Origin: Caldisericia bacterium
GTDB taxonomy: Bacteria; Caldisericota; Caldisericia; JAAYUI01
DNA: 64,000 nucleotides
Assembly (NCBI GenBank): GCA_963674785.1
Contig: OY771555.1
Span: 943,847-1,007,846, forward strand
Reading direction: 5' to 3'
Shown here: positions 18,989-27,506 of the stretch, one piece after another
Layout: the number at the start of each line of letters is the position of its first letter
Numbering within the stretch: the stretch's first letter is position 1
Program-made: the position numbers and the translations under genes
The notes under the pieces: generated by a model
Seen by the model: the letters and a program-made list of their open reading frames with translations, nothing else
What the model was told of the DNA's origin: nothing
Database searches by the model: none

Positions 18989-19498
18989 CTAATCCATTGT
19001 GGTGTCGCCCCAGATTTGGATCACGACTCCATTTGGACTGATTATTTTTCCTTGGTGGAATGTTGCTCCATCTTGAACTGGTTTGATTTCATCGATAAAC
19101 TCAATACCTCGTTCAGTTAGAGTTTTTGCAACCTCTACAGGGTTTTTTACCCAAAACATCATTCTGAGTGCACCCTTTGGGGTCGCTGGAACCTTGTCAT
19201 CCGATGCCCAGAAACCGAAAAAGAATTCATCCCCGGGTGACTTGAACATGATATACTCTTCATCAAATCCTTTAATTTGAAGCCCCATCATATCTGTAAA
19301 AAATCCAACCTCAGAAAGGAAATCCTCAACATAATACTCGAAATTTACATCCCAACATCTTGAAAGGTCATTGCAAAACTCAATTGGAAACTTTGGAGTA
19401 CTTGTAGCAAATTTCTGAAAATCCTCACTTGACTCGATCTTTTCAGCCTCTGCCCATCTTTTTTCTCCGAGTTCCCTGCATTTTTCTTTGAAGTCCAT
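18989..19498 (-). CDS. VOC family protein, paralog C
   Basis: Paralog of the two upstream genes (VEDFLSEVGFFTDMMGL ... NGVVIQIWG). Confidence 0.6.
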   Translation of the reverse strand: MDFKEKCRELGEKRWAEAEKIESSEDFQKFATSTPKFPIEFCNDLSRCWDVNFEYYVEDFLSEVGFFTDMMGLQIKGFDEEYIMFKSPGDEFFFGFWASDDKVPATPKGALRMMFWVKNPVEVAKTLTERGIEFIDEIKPVQDGATFHQGKIISPNGVVIQIWGDTTMD

Positions 19499-19509
19499 TT
19501 TGTTTTCTC

Positions 19510-20307
19510 CTATAGTTTTTCAATATTGAATTCATAAACTGGTTCATCTGGAACTGTATCGAAAAAGATAATGTTCCCATCAGGGTCTTCCATTGTGGCA
19601 CAATCGCCACCATTTTTGCCAGCCCTGAAATCTTTTTGGAATTCGTATCCTGCAGCCTTCATGTCGTCAACATTTTGTTTGACATCAGAACCTCTGAAAT
19701 TAAGAACCCATTTCTTTTGCATGTTGATGTCACCATGTCTGAAGAGTGCAATGATTCCGTTGTTGTGTTTGAGAATCGCCCAACCTTCTTCATCTGGGCT
19801 TCCGTCGATAAGGTCAAATCCCAGCCTAACATAGAAGTCAAGCGTTTCCTCGAAATCCATACAATCAAGGCACATTTCGAATCTACCAAGTTTGAATCGT
19901 TTGTTTTCAGGTAGCTTTTTTATCCCAAATTTGATTTCAGGTTCATCAGCGGCTGTATTGAAATATATGACGTTTCCCTCGGGGTCGATTATCTCCATTG
20001 AAGGACTTCCATCGCACTCCTCAATATGCGCTTTTGTGTTTGTGATTATATCGTTTTTTTCGAGTTCTTTCTCAATATGGAATGGGTCCTTCCCTCTGAA
20101 GTGAAGAAGGTTTTTGTCAATGTGCCCCTGGAAAAGTCCCATTATGCAATTGCTGTGTTTCAGGATTGACCATCCCTGCTCAGGGTCACCACCGATTCTG
20201 TCAAATCCAAGCTGGTTGTAAAAATCAATTGACTCTTTTAGATTAGCGACATTCAGACAGATTTCGAATCTTCCAAGATTCAAATCAACATTTCTTTTTG
20301 AGTCCAT
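19510..20307 (-). CDS. Tandem two-module VOC (glyoxalase-like) protein
   Basis: Two modules: RFEICLNVANLKESIDFYNQLGF and RFEMCLDCMDFEETLDFYVRLGF. The start was moved to an internal Met so it no longer overlaps the upstream paralog. Confidence 0.65.
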   Translation of the reverse strand: MDSKRNVDLNLGRFEICLNVANLKESIDFYNQLGFDRIGGDPEQGWSILKHSNCIMGLFQGHIDKNLLHFRGKDPFHIEKELEKNDIITNTKAHIEECDGSPSMEIIDPEGNVIYFNTAADEPEIKFGIKKLPENKRFKLGRFEMCLDCMDFEETLDFYVRLGFDLIDGSPDEEGWAILKHNNGIIALFRHGDINMQKKWVLNFRGSDVKQNVDDMKAAGYEFQKDFRAGKNGGDCATMEDPDGNIIFFDTVPDEPVYEFNIEKL

Positions 20308-20311
20308 TGCT

Positions 20312-20773
20312 TTATTCTTCCCAGATTCTATTTTCTGGTCTTTCTTTTGGAACTGCATAGACCTCAACAGTGTAACCCATTGGGTCACGGACAGGGAACG
20401 CCCAATATGAATCCTGACACCATATTGGATTCGGGAAAAGTAGTTGAGCTCCTTCTTCTTTTAGTTTTTTTACAACTTCAGGGAAGACATCTGTTGGAAG
20501 TTGAATCCCCCATGAAGCCTCTTCTACCTCTCCACCCTCAAAACCTGGCAGGTCTACCCATTTCTCCCTCTTTGGAAGATTTTCCTTCTCAGTTTTGAAC
20601 CACATCATGCTCATTTTGTCGGCCGTCATACCACAAAAAACATTGTCTGGCATACCAAAATCATGTTCGCCCATTCCAATGATTTCTTTGTAGAAATGCC
20701 TGATCTCATGAACATCATTACAATATAAATATAAAACGTTGATTGATGCCTTAATTTCATTTTTTTCTTCCAT
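20312..20773 (-). CDS. VOC-like protein, paralog D
   Basis: INVLYLYCNDVHEIRHFYKEIIGMG ... DPMGYTVEVYAV. Paralog of 20777..21232. Confidence 0.55.
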   Translation of the reverse strand: MEEKNEIKASINVLYLYCNDVHEIRHFYKEIIGMGEHDFGMPDNVFCGMTADKMSMMWFKTEKENLPKREKWVDLPGFEGGEVEEASWGIQLPTDVFPEVVKKLKEEGAQLLFPNPIWCQDSYWAFPVRDPMGYTVEVYAVPKERPENRIWEE

Positions 20774-20776
20774 GTG

Positions 20777-21232
20777 TTACTCCCATTCCTTTCTTTCAGG
20801 TGTTTTTTCAGGGACACAAAACACCTCAACTGTGTAACCCATTGGGTCGGAAACTGGGTAAGACCAGTATGAATCAGATATAAATCTTGGTTTCTCAAAA
20901 ACTGCTGGTGTTTTTTCAGCCATCAGTTTTCTTACGGTTTCTCGGAATAAATCCTCTGGATATTGAATTCCCCATGAAGCCTCTTCGATGCTACCAAAAT
21001 CAGTTCCTGGAATATCTGCCCAGGGTTTTCTGAGGGGGAGTGAGACATATTCTGATTTGGCCCACATCATTGTTATCCCGTCTGATGTCTGACCGCAATA
21101 TAATTTTTCTGGGTCTCCAATTTTCTCATCACCGAGACCAATTATGTCTTTGTAGAAATGCCTTATAGAGTGAATATCGTTGCAATGAAGATAAAGCACG
21201 TTGATCGTGATTTTTGGTTTTTTTTCATCCAC
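20777..21232 (-). CDS. VOC-like protein, paralog E
   Basis: INVLYLHCNDIHSIRHFYKDIIGLG ... DPMGYTVEVFCV. Confidence 0.55.
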   Translation of the reverse strand: MDEKKPKITINVLYLHCNDIHSIRHFYKDIIGLGDEKIGDPEKLYCGQTSDGITMMWAKSEYVSLPLRKPWADIPGTDFGSIEEASWGIQYPEDLFRETVRKLMAEKTPAVFEKPRFISDSYWSYPVSDPMGYTVEVFCVPEKTPERKEWE

Positions 21233-21322
21233 TTGTCACCCCTTTCAGACAATTTCCAATTCTACGGAAAAAATTTGAAGTGACAATATGTGTATATATA
21301 CTTATGCTAACTATTATTATCG

Positions 21323-21955
21323 TTACTTTGATTGGTAATCACAAAATTCAACAATCTTGCAAATATCACAATTTGGTCTTATAGGTTTACATACTTCTTG
21401 ACCAAGTCTGACAAGCAGTTCATTAGAAATAATCCAGAGGTCTTTAGGGAGAAGCTCCATCAAAGCCTTCTCTGTCTGATCGGGTGTTTTTGTGTTTACC
21501 CATCCAACTCGATTTGAAATTCTATGGACGTGTGAGTCAACAGTGATTCCTGGGATTCCGTACCCAAGGGTCAAGACCAGATTGGCTATCTTCCTGCCAA
21601 TCCCTTTGAGACTTGTTAAGTCCTTCATATTATCCGGTGTTTTGCCGTTGAATCTGCTACAAATTTCTGATGCAAGGTTTACGAGTGTTTCACCTTTTGT
21701 TTTATAAAATCCTGCAGGATAAATGATTTTTGCAACATCTTCCGGGTCGGCTTCAGAAAGCTCAGAAGTGGATTTCCACTTTTCAAAAAGCCTTATTGTT
21801 GCGGGATATGTTACCTCGTCTTTTGTTCGGGCTGAAATCACTCCAGAAACCAGAATCCTGAATGGGTCATGCTTATTGAGCCTCTGAAAATCCATGCCGT
21901 CCCGATCTTTTGCAAGGGTTAGGATTGCCTTCTCGGCATTAGTTTTTTGAGACAT
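21323..21955 (-). CDS. nth: Endonuclease III (HhH-GPD DNA glycosylase with 4Fe-4S cluster)
   Basis: HhH-GPD block LKGIGRKIANLVL. C-terminal C-x6-C-x2-C-x5-C (CKPIRPNCDICKIVEFC). The alternative longer start is at 21994. Confidence 0.85.
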   Translation of the reverse strand: MSQKTNAEKAILTLAKDRDGMDFQRLNKHDPFRILVSGVISARTKDEVTYPATIRLFEKWKSTSELSEADPEDVAKIIYPAGFYKTKGETLVNLASEICSRFNGKTPDNMKDLTSLKGIGRKIANLVLTLGYGIPGITVDSHVHRISNRVGWVNTKTPDQTEKALMELLPKDLWIISNELLVRLGQEVCKPIRPNCDICKIVEFCDYQSK

Positions 21956-23321
21956 ATAAAACAGCTTCTGCCAAATCTTCGTCTTGATGATCAAAAACTG
22001 TCCTCACGTCAAGAATTACTTTGTCATCAATGATGTGACCGATTACTGGAGTGTCTGCATTTCTTAATTTTGCAAGCATTGTTTGAGCAGAACCCTCAGG
22101 TGTGAGTTCTATTGCCCATGATTCAAAGTCGATATCTGGAAGTGAGCCTCCACCCATCTGTCCAGTGACTGGAATAACTTTTGGTGAGAACTTCTTAGTT
22201 TTAGATACTATCATTGAGTAAAGTTTATCAGCATGTAGTTTTAGTTCATCTGTTTCAATTGTTATCATTCTCATGACAGGATTTCTTTTTATGACTTCTG
22301 AGTCAGGAAGTAACCATAGTCTGAGAGTTTCTTCAATCATGCAGATGTGTGCTTTTGATAATCTATATGATCTCATGAGCGGATGTTTACCAATCCTGCT
22401 GAGATATTCCTCTCGACCGATAATGAATCCAGCTTGAGTTCCGCCAAGAAGTTTGTCCCCAGAAAAAAGCACAATGTCTGCACCTTTTTCAAGTGACTCT
22501 CTGCAGTTCGGCTCTTCTCTGAAATATTTGTGAGAGAGTGGTTTAAGAAGCCCTGAGCCAATATCATGTGCAAAAGGAGTACTATGTCTTTTTGCAAGTT
22601 CTGCTAATTCATCTTCTGCTGGGACTGATGAAAAACCCCGGATTGCATAGTTTGAGGGATGAATTTTGAGGATTAACGCGGTGTTTTCATTTATTGCTTC
22701 CTCGTAGTCTCTCAGGTGAGTTCTATTTGTTGTTCCAACCTCACGAAGGATTGCACCTGATTGTCTCATGATATCGGGGATTCTAAATGATCCACCCAGT
22801 TCGATGAGTTCTCCTCTTGAAACAATTACTTCACGACCTTCAGCGAGAACTTTCAACATTAGAAGGACTCCTGCAGCATTGTTGTTTACAAGAACGCCAG
22901 CCTCTGCACCTGTTACGAGTTTGATTAGCTCCTTAACGTGTGAACCACGTTTGCCACGTTTTCCTGTTTCAAGGTCAAATTCGAGATTGCTGTAGTTGCA
23001 GGAGATTTGCTGGAGTCTGAGATTTTCTGCCATTGGAGCTCTTCCAAGGTTTGTGTGAAGAACAATTCCGGTTGCATTTATGATTGGTTTAAGTGAACTT
23101 TTCTTTAGGATTCCGAGATTTTTATCGAGAGCATTCAAGATTGCTTTTGGGATATTTTCTTTTATCTTGCCAGAACCAATCTCTTTTCTGACCTCATCAA
23201 TTGATTTTTTGACAAGTCTTGAAACAATTTCTGGATTGAATCTCTCAAATTCTCTTTTGAAATCCGGATCGTCAATTATTGAAGAAATCTGTGGAATTTC
23301 TTTAAAAAGCTCGTTACTCAT
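21939..23321 (-). CDS. selA: L-seryl-tRNA(Sec) selenium transferase (selenocysteine synthase)
   Basis: Long colinear match to the SelA core (NLEFDLETGKRG...GAEA..VNNNAA.VLLML...SRGELIE.GG.FRIPD.MRQ.G..L.EVGTTNRTH). Start taken at MSNELF, with GGAGG 8 nt upstream. Confidence 0.9.
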   Translation of the reverse strand: MSNELFKEIPQISSIIDDPDFKREFERFNPEIVSRLVKKSIDEVRKEIGSGKIKENIPKAILNALDKNLGILKKSSLKPIINATGIVLHTNLGRAPMAENLRLQQISCNYSNLEFDLETGKRGKRGSHVKELIKLVTGAEAGVLVNNNAAGVLLMLKVLAEGREVIVSRGELIELGGSFRIPDIMRQSGAILREVGTTNRTHLRDYEEAINENTALILKIHPSNYAIRGFSSVPAEDELAELAKRHSTPFAHDIGSGLLKPLSHKYFREEPNCRESLEKGADIVLFSGDKLLGGTQAGFIIGREEYLSRIGKHPLMRSYRLSKAHICMIEETLRLWLLPDSEVIKRNPVMRMITIETDELKLHADKLYSMIVSKTKKFSPKVIPVTGQMGGGSLPDIDFESWAIELTPEGSAQTMLAKLRNADTPVIGHIIDDKVILDVRTVFDHQDEDLAEAVLYVSKN

Positions 23322-23452
23322 AAACCCAACCTCCAATCACCTATGATATTAAAAGGATAATCATGAAATGACAAGATTTGCATTTTTAGATGACTTTTTT
23401 CTACCAACTCTCGTATAAGTTGAAAAGGAAAAACTGGAAAGGAGAAGTTGCC

Positions 23453-24745
23453 ATGAATAAGAGCCAGTCTAATGTTTTAATTTTTGTGATTGTTGGTGTA
23501 CTTTTGGTTTCACTCATACCGATAGGTTTTGCAGAATCACATTCTTTTATGGTTTTGGTTGGAGAAGGTTACAATATTGTTGATACAAATCAGGTAAATT
23601 GTTATGACAACAGTGGGATAATGAATAATCCCTCAAAAAGTTCCAATTTTTATGGTCAGGATGCTCAGCATGATGGGAATCAGCCAAGATATGAGTTAAT
23701 TGATGATGATATTGTGCTTGACCTTGTAACAGGTCTTATGTGGCAGCGTGATCCTGATGAAAAGATGAGTTTTGATGATGCTGTTTCTGATGCTGATGAT
23801 TTTGAGCTTGGTGGTTTTGATGACTGGAGACTTCCATCTATCAAAGAATTGTACTCACTGATTGATTTTTCGGGCTATTGTGGACGTTCTGCGTCGGAAT
23901 CAAAACCTTTTATTGATACAGATTATTTTGTGTTTGAGTTTGGTGATGAGAGCAAAGGTGAAAGACACATTGATTCACAGTATTGGTCATCAACTGAATA
24001 TCTTTCTACCACAATGGGAGGGAACAAAACAACATTCGGCGTTAATTTTGCTGATGGTCGAATAAAGGGATATCCGCAATCAGCACCGCAAGGAGCACCA
24101 GGAGGGGGTCAACCAGGTGGAGGTGGAGCTAGACCTAATTCGACTTCTGCCACAAAGAAACTCAATTTTGTAATGTATGTCCGAGGCAATATAGATTATG
24201 GAATCAATGATTTCAGAGATAATGATGACAGTACTATCACTGATAGAGCAACAGGTCTCATGTGGACAAAGGATGATAGCGGAAAAGGAATGATTTGGAA
24301 AGACGCACTTGCCTGGGTTCAGAAGAAAAACAAAGAGAACTATTTAGGCCATGATGACTGGAGGCTTCCAAATATCAAGGAGCTTCAAAGCATTGTTGAC
24401 TATTCAAGATGTCCTGCTGTAACAGACAGTGCGGCTATCGACCCAGTGTTTGACATCACAAAAGTCGGAGATAACTACCCTTATTTCTGGTCAAGCACAA
24501 CACATCTTGATGGCCCAAAAGATAAGCAAGGGTCAACTGCTTGTTACATTGCTTTTGGCGAGGCAAGAGGATATATGGGGCCGCCAAATGGCGGAGACAA
24601 AAAGCTGATGGATGTTCATGGCGCAGGTGCTCAAAGGAGTGACCCAAAGACCGGTGATCCCGATGATTATCCAGAAGGACATGGCCCTCAGGGTGATGTC
24701 ATTAATATCTATAATTTTGTAAGACTCGTAAGGGATGTTGACTGA
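23453..24745 (+). CDS. Secreted protein with two DUF1566 (Lcl C-terminal-like) domains and a Gly/Pro-rich linker
   Basis: The repeated DDWRLPSIKELYSL / DDWRLPNIKELQSI motif is DUF1566-type. Start taken at MNKSQS, with AAAGGAGAAG upstream. Confidence 0.7.
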   Translation: MNKSQSNVLIFVIVGVLLVSLIPIGFAESHSFMVLVGEGYNIVDTNQVNCYDNSGIMNNPSKSSNFYGQDAQHDGNQPRYELIDDDIVLDLVTGLMWQRDPDEKMSFDDAVSDADDFELGGFDDWRLPSIKELYSLIDFSGYCGRSASESKPFIDTDYFVFEFGDESKGERHIDSQYWSSTEYLSTTMGGNKTTFGVNFADGRIKGYPQSAPQGAPGGGQPGGGGARPNSTSATKKLNFVMYVRGNIDYGINDFRDNDDSTITDRATGLMWTKDDSGKGMIWKDALAWVQKKNKENYLGHDDWRLPNIKELQSIVDYSRCPAVTDSAAIDPVFDITKVGDNYPYFWSSTTHLDGPKDKQGSTACYIAFGEARGYMGPPNGGDKKLMDVHGAGAQRSDPKTGDPDDYPEGHGPQGDVINIYNFVRLVRDVD

Positions 24746-24791
24746 CTAGACCTCCAAAGCTAGCAACGATCCCCCACTTCTTTATGTTAGG

Positions 24792-24830
24792 AGTCCCTGA
24801 CGCCCCCTAGTCGGGGACTTACCTTTTTTG
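24792..24830 (+). terminator. Rho-independent terminator
   Basis: Stem agtccctgac/gtcggggact (one G-U pair), 7-nt loop, then ttaccttttttg. Confidence 0.65.
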
Positions 24831-24893
24831 CTACTCTTCAAAGATCTTTTCAAAATCACTTCTATTCAATCCGCCCTATGTTGGACTTTTTGC
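24821..24893. repeat. Intergenic repeat element copy A (about 75 bp; 29-nt core identical to copy B; contains the palindrome AAAGATCTTT)
   Basis: The core actcttcaaagatcttttcaaaatcactt is identical at 26417..26445. Flanks are about 75% identical. Confidence 0.7.
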
Positions 24894-25002
24894 GCCTTTT
24901 GATCGATAGAGATTGACATAAGAGCCTCGAATCATAAAATATGTAGGTATTAGGTTGTCGGGTTTAAATGATTTTGTAGCTGGTTTATACAGGAGGAACA
25001 TT

Positions 25003-25275
25003 ATGGGTGTGAAGTACATTGTTTTTGATTTGTCAAATGCCACATCTGATGATTATAGATTGATCAAAAAGAGAATAGACAAATTTTATCCGGACAATAT
25101 TCATCCGTTAAATACAACTTATTATGTAGCAACTGACGATTCTTGCAGAGATGTTTTTTTCAATATCGAGGAAGCATTCATGGGTGCTGATTACAAATTA
25201 ATTGTTGGTGTACATGCAGGGAGTTATTCATCAGACAACTTAGATGTTGCTTCTTGGCTGAAAAAGCATAGGTAA
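25003..25275 (+). CDS. Hypothetical protein (90 aa)
   Basis: AGGAGG lies 7 nt before the internal ATG (MGVKYIVFDL...). No motif. Confidence 0.45.
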   Translation: MGVKYIVFDLSNATSDDYRLIKKRIDKFYPDNIHPLNTTYYVATDDSCRDVFFNIEEAFMGADYKLIVGVHAGSYSSDNLDVASWLKKHR

Positions 25276-25296
25276 GCGATTTCTTTTAATAAGTGT

Positions 25297-25989
25297 CTAT
25301 TTTGGGTCGATGTCTTTGACCATATCCAGCTGGACTTTTTGAATCTCCATTAACATTTGCCAGTTGTTTTTTATAAAGCTATCGAGTTTTTCATGTAACA
25401 TTCTTATCTCAAGTTCAGCTTTCAGGTTTATTTTGTAATCGTTTACAGATCTGATTCTATCCCTTTTTTCTTGCCTGTTTTGACTCATCATGATTATTGG
25501 AGCTTGCAGGGCTGCAATACATGAGAGAGCGAGGTTTAACAGTATAAATGGGTATGGATCGAATCTTCCGAAAATCAAGAAAATAGAATTGCTGATAATC
25601 CACAGCAAGATGATGCTACAGAAAATTATTATGAATTTCCAGCTTCCTGCAAATGTTGCCAACTTATCTGAAACCATGTCGGCAAAAGTTCTATTTTCGT
25701 CTATATCCTCATCAATGTTTTCTGAAATGAGACCTTTTTCCTGTATGCTTTCTATTACATCTATGACATCTTTGTTATCACCATCGGTATGTTTTTCTAG
25801 AAGCCCCTTTATGTATTTTGCCCTATATTCATTTAGATCTTCTGCACAAATATAATCATAATCCTCGATGTTGGGGTAATCCTTTTTTATGACATCAAGA
25901 ATTTGAATGCTGACGAAAGATAGAGGGAAGAGCCTCTGCTTTGGTTTTCTTGGGTCACAATTGCATATTATATTCTTTTGTTTTTCCAT
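25297..25989 (-). CDS. DUF1003 family membrane protein
   Basis: FDPYPFILLNLALSCIAALQAPIIMMSQNRQEKRDR matches the DUF1003 signature block. Confidence 0.7.
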   Translation of the reverse strand: MEKQKNIICNCDPRKPKQRLFPLSFVSIQILDVIKKDYPNIEDYDYICAEDLNEYRAKYIKGLLEKHTDGDNKDVIDVIESIQEKGLISENIDEDIDENRTFADMVSDKLATFAGSWKFIIIFCSIILLWIISNSIFLIFGRFDPYPFILLNLALSCIAALQAPIIMMSQNRQEKRDRIRSVNDYKINLKAELEIRMLHEKLDSFIKNNWQMLMEIQKVQLDMVKDIDPK

Positions 25990-26052
25990 TTATACCTCCA
26001 TTTATGTGATCCCCTTATTGTAATTAAGAAACTAGTGCAGTAAAATTATAGT

Positions 26053-26367
26053 ATGAGTCAGTATGAAAGAGTTGTTGACATCGTAAAAGAGCTCAAAAAA
26101 GGTCTCAAGTCAAATGATTTAGATGAAAATCAGTTGGGACATCGATTGAATGAAATTTTGCTCGAACTCGAATCGCAAGATGTGAAAGAAGATAGTCTGA
26201 TGGTTTTTGTCCAGAAAATATTGAAAAATCAGTCTGATATTATTGGAAGAATAGAAAAAATTGAGAGAAGTATCAAATCCAATCGAGACTTGATAGATGA
26301 AGTCAATGAAAGAGCTGATAAATATTCTGAACTACTTCTCTCCTTATTTAAAAAGCAGAACAAATAA
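26053..26367 (+). CDS. Hypothetical coiled-coil protein (104 aa)
   Basis: Charged, heptad-like sequence. No motif. Confidence 0.4.
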   Translation: MSQYERVVDIVKELKKGLKSNDLDENQLGHRLNEILLELESQDVKEDSLMVFVQKILKNQSDIIGRIEKIERSIKSNRDLIDEVNERADKYSELLLSLFKKQNK

Positions 26368-26884
26368 GATAGTGGGTTTTTGAAAGTCTCCCAAGTTTTT
26401 TCTGTTGGCTACTGTTACTCTTCAAAGATCTTTTCAAAATCACTTTAGTCAATCCTCCCCATGTAGGGCTTTTTTTGTCACCCTTCCATTTGGTGATAAG
26501 AGTTTTTCTGTATGCTTCAAATGTTGGTAGGTTTTTGTATGGTGTACAGTTGTGGAAATCATGTTCCTCAAGAACCCAATCCCCCGATTGAATTGATTTG
26601 AATCTTTCCTCTGTTTTGTGTAGTTTGCAGTTTGGGAAACGAGTTTTTCGTTCATCACACAAAGCCTTCAAATAATCAACTGTCCAGAAGTAGTGCATTC
26701 TGCTTTTGAGAAGCCACTTTACAAGTGGATGATTAACATGCGTTGGTTTATATGGTTTATCAATCAACTCAGGATACGCTGTAGACAGAAGCTGTGCAGA
26801 CTCAACAATGATTTTATTCAACCTCAAATCATCCAGGTGTTTTGCACAAATCTTTGGGTTTATGTTTGTTATAAAAAGCTGCAT
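26348..26884 (-). CDS. Hypothetical protein; weak resemblance to the T4 endonuclease V / pyrimidine-dimer glycosylase family
   Basis: The N-terminal MQLFITNINPKICAKHLDDLRLNK...YKPTHVNHP loosely resembles that family. The 3' end overlaps repeat copy B. Confidence 0.35.
   Translation of the reverse strand: MQLFITNINPKICAKHLDDLRLNKIIVESAQLLSTAYPELIDKPYKPTHVNHPLVKWLLKSRMHYFWTVDYLKALCDERKTRFPNCKLHKTEERFKSIQSGDWVLEEHDFHNCTPYKNLPTFEAYRKTLITKWKGDKKSPTWGGLTKVILKRSLKSNSSQQKKLGRLSKTHYLICSAF
26393..26477. repeat. Intergenic repeat element copy B
   Basis: See copy A. Identical 29-mer at 26417..26445; palindrome AAAGATCTTT at 26424..26433. Confidence 0.7.
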
Positions 26885-26939
26885 ATATTAAAAAAACACA
26901 CCTCTTTTTCAAAAGAGGTGTGTTTTTAGACAGTATTTT

Positions 26940-27167
26940 TTACTTGTCCGTAAACGGGATTATTACAGCAATGATACCTATTACGACCTTCGCAACTGCG
27001 TGCCACATTGGCTCAGAGCCTATAGCAAGCGAGGGAATAAGTGCCATTACACCCATAATAACCAAGATGATTCCAACAATGACCAGTGATACCTTAGATA
27101 AACTCACAGAATTACCCCCTTTGTCTCTTGATGTTGTAATTATAGCAAGAAAGCCTGTATGTGTCAA
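26940..27167 (-). CDS. Small two-TM membrane protein (75 aa), paralog 1
   Basis: Shares LVIVGIILVIMG...LIPSLA.G.EP.WHA.AK and ends in IIP.TDK. About 70% identical to 27236..27463. Confidence 0.55.
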   Translation of the reverse strand: MTHTGFLAIITTSRDKGGNSVSLSKVSLVIVGIILVIMGVMALIPSLAIGSEPMWHAVAKVVIGIIAVIIPFTDK

Positions 27168-27235
27168 ACATTGTTGTGTTTGTTACGCTTGATTTAACGC
27201 TGCTTAGCTTACAGAAAACTCTTAGATATGGACAA

Positions 27236-27463
27236 TCATTTATCGGTAAGTGGGATTATGATCACAACAAAACCGATCATGATCTTTGCGATGGCATGCC
27301 ACACTGGTTCAAAACCCAGTGCAAGTGAAGGAATTAGACCCATTATGCCCATTATTACTAAAATGATTCCAACGATAACAAGCGTTACTTTAGGTAAACT
27401 CATAGAATTGCCTTCTTTATTTTTTAGTAGCTTGATTATAGGTTGAAATGCGGGATTTGTCAA
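27236..27463 (-). CDS. Small two-TM membrane protein (75 aa), paralog 2
   Basis: Tandem duplicate of 26940..27167. Confidence 0.55.
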   Translation of the reverse strand: MTNPAFQPIIKLLKNKEGNSMSLPKVTLVIVGIILVIMGIMGLIPSLALGFEPVWHAIAKIMIGFVVIIIPLTDK

Positions 27464-27506
27464 AAATTTATCAGTTAGTTATAATCGATACAAAGGGGTA
27501 ACATCT

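Noticed and set aside
19510-20388. Longer start for the two-module VOC gene, overlapping the upstream paralog by 77 nt
   Set aside because: An internal Met at 20307 removes the overlap, leaves a 4-nt gap and retains both VOC modules. The N-terminal 27 residues have no homolog in the paralogs.
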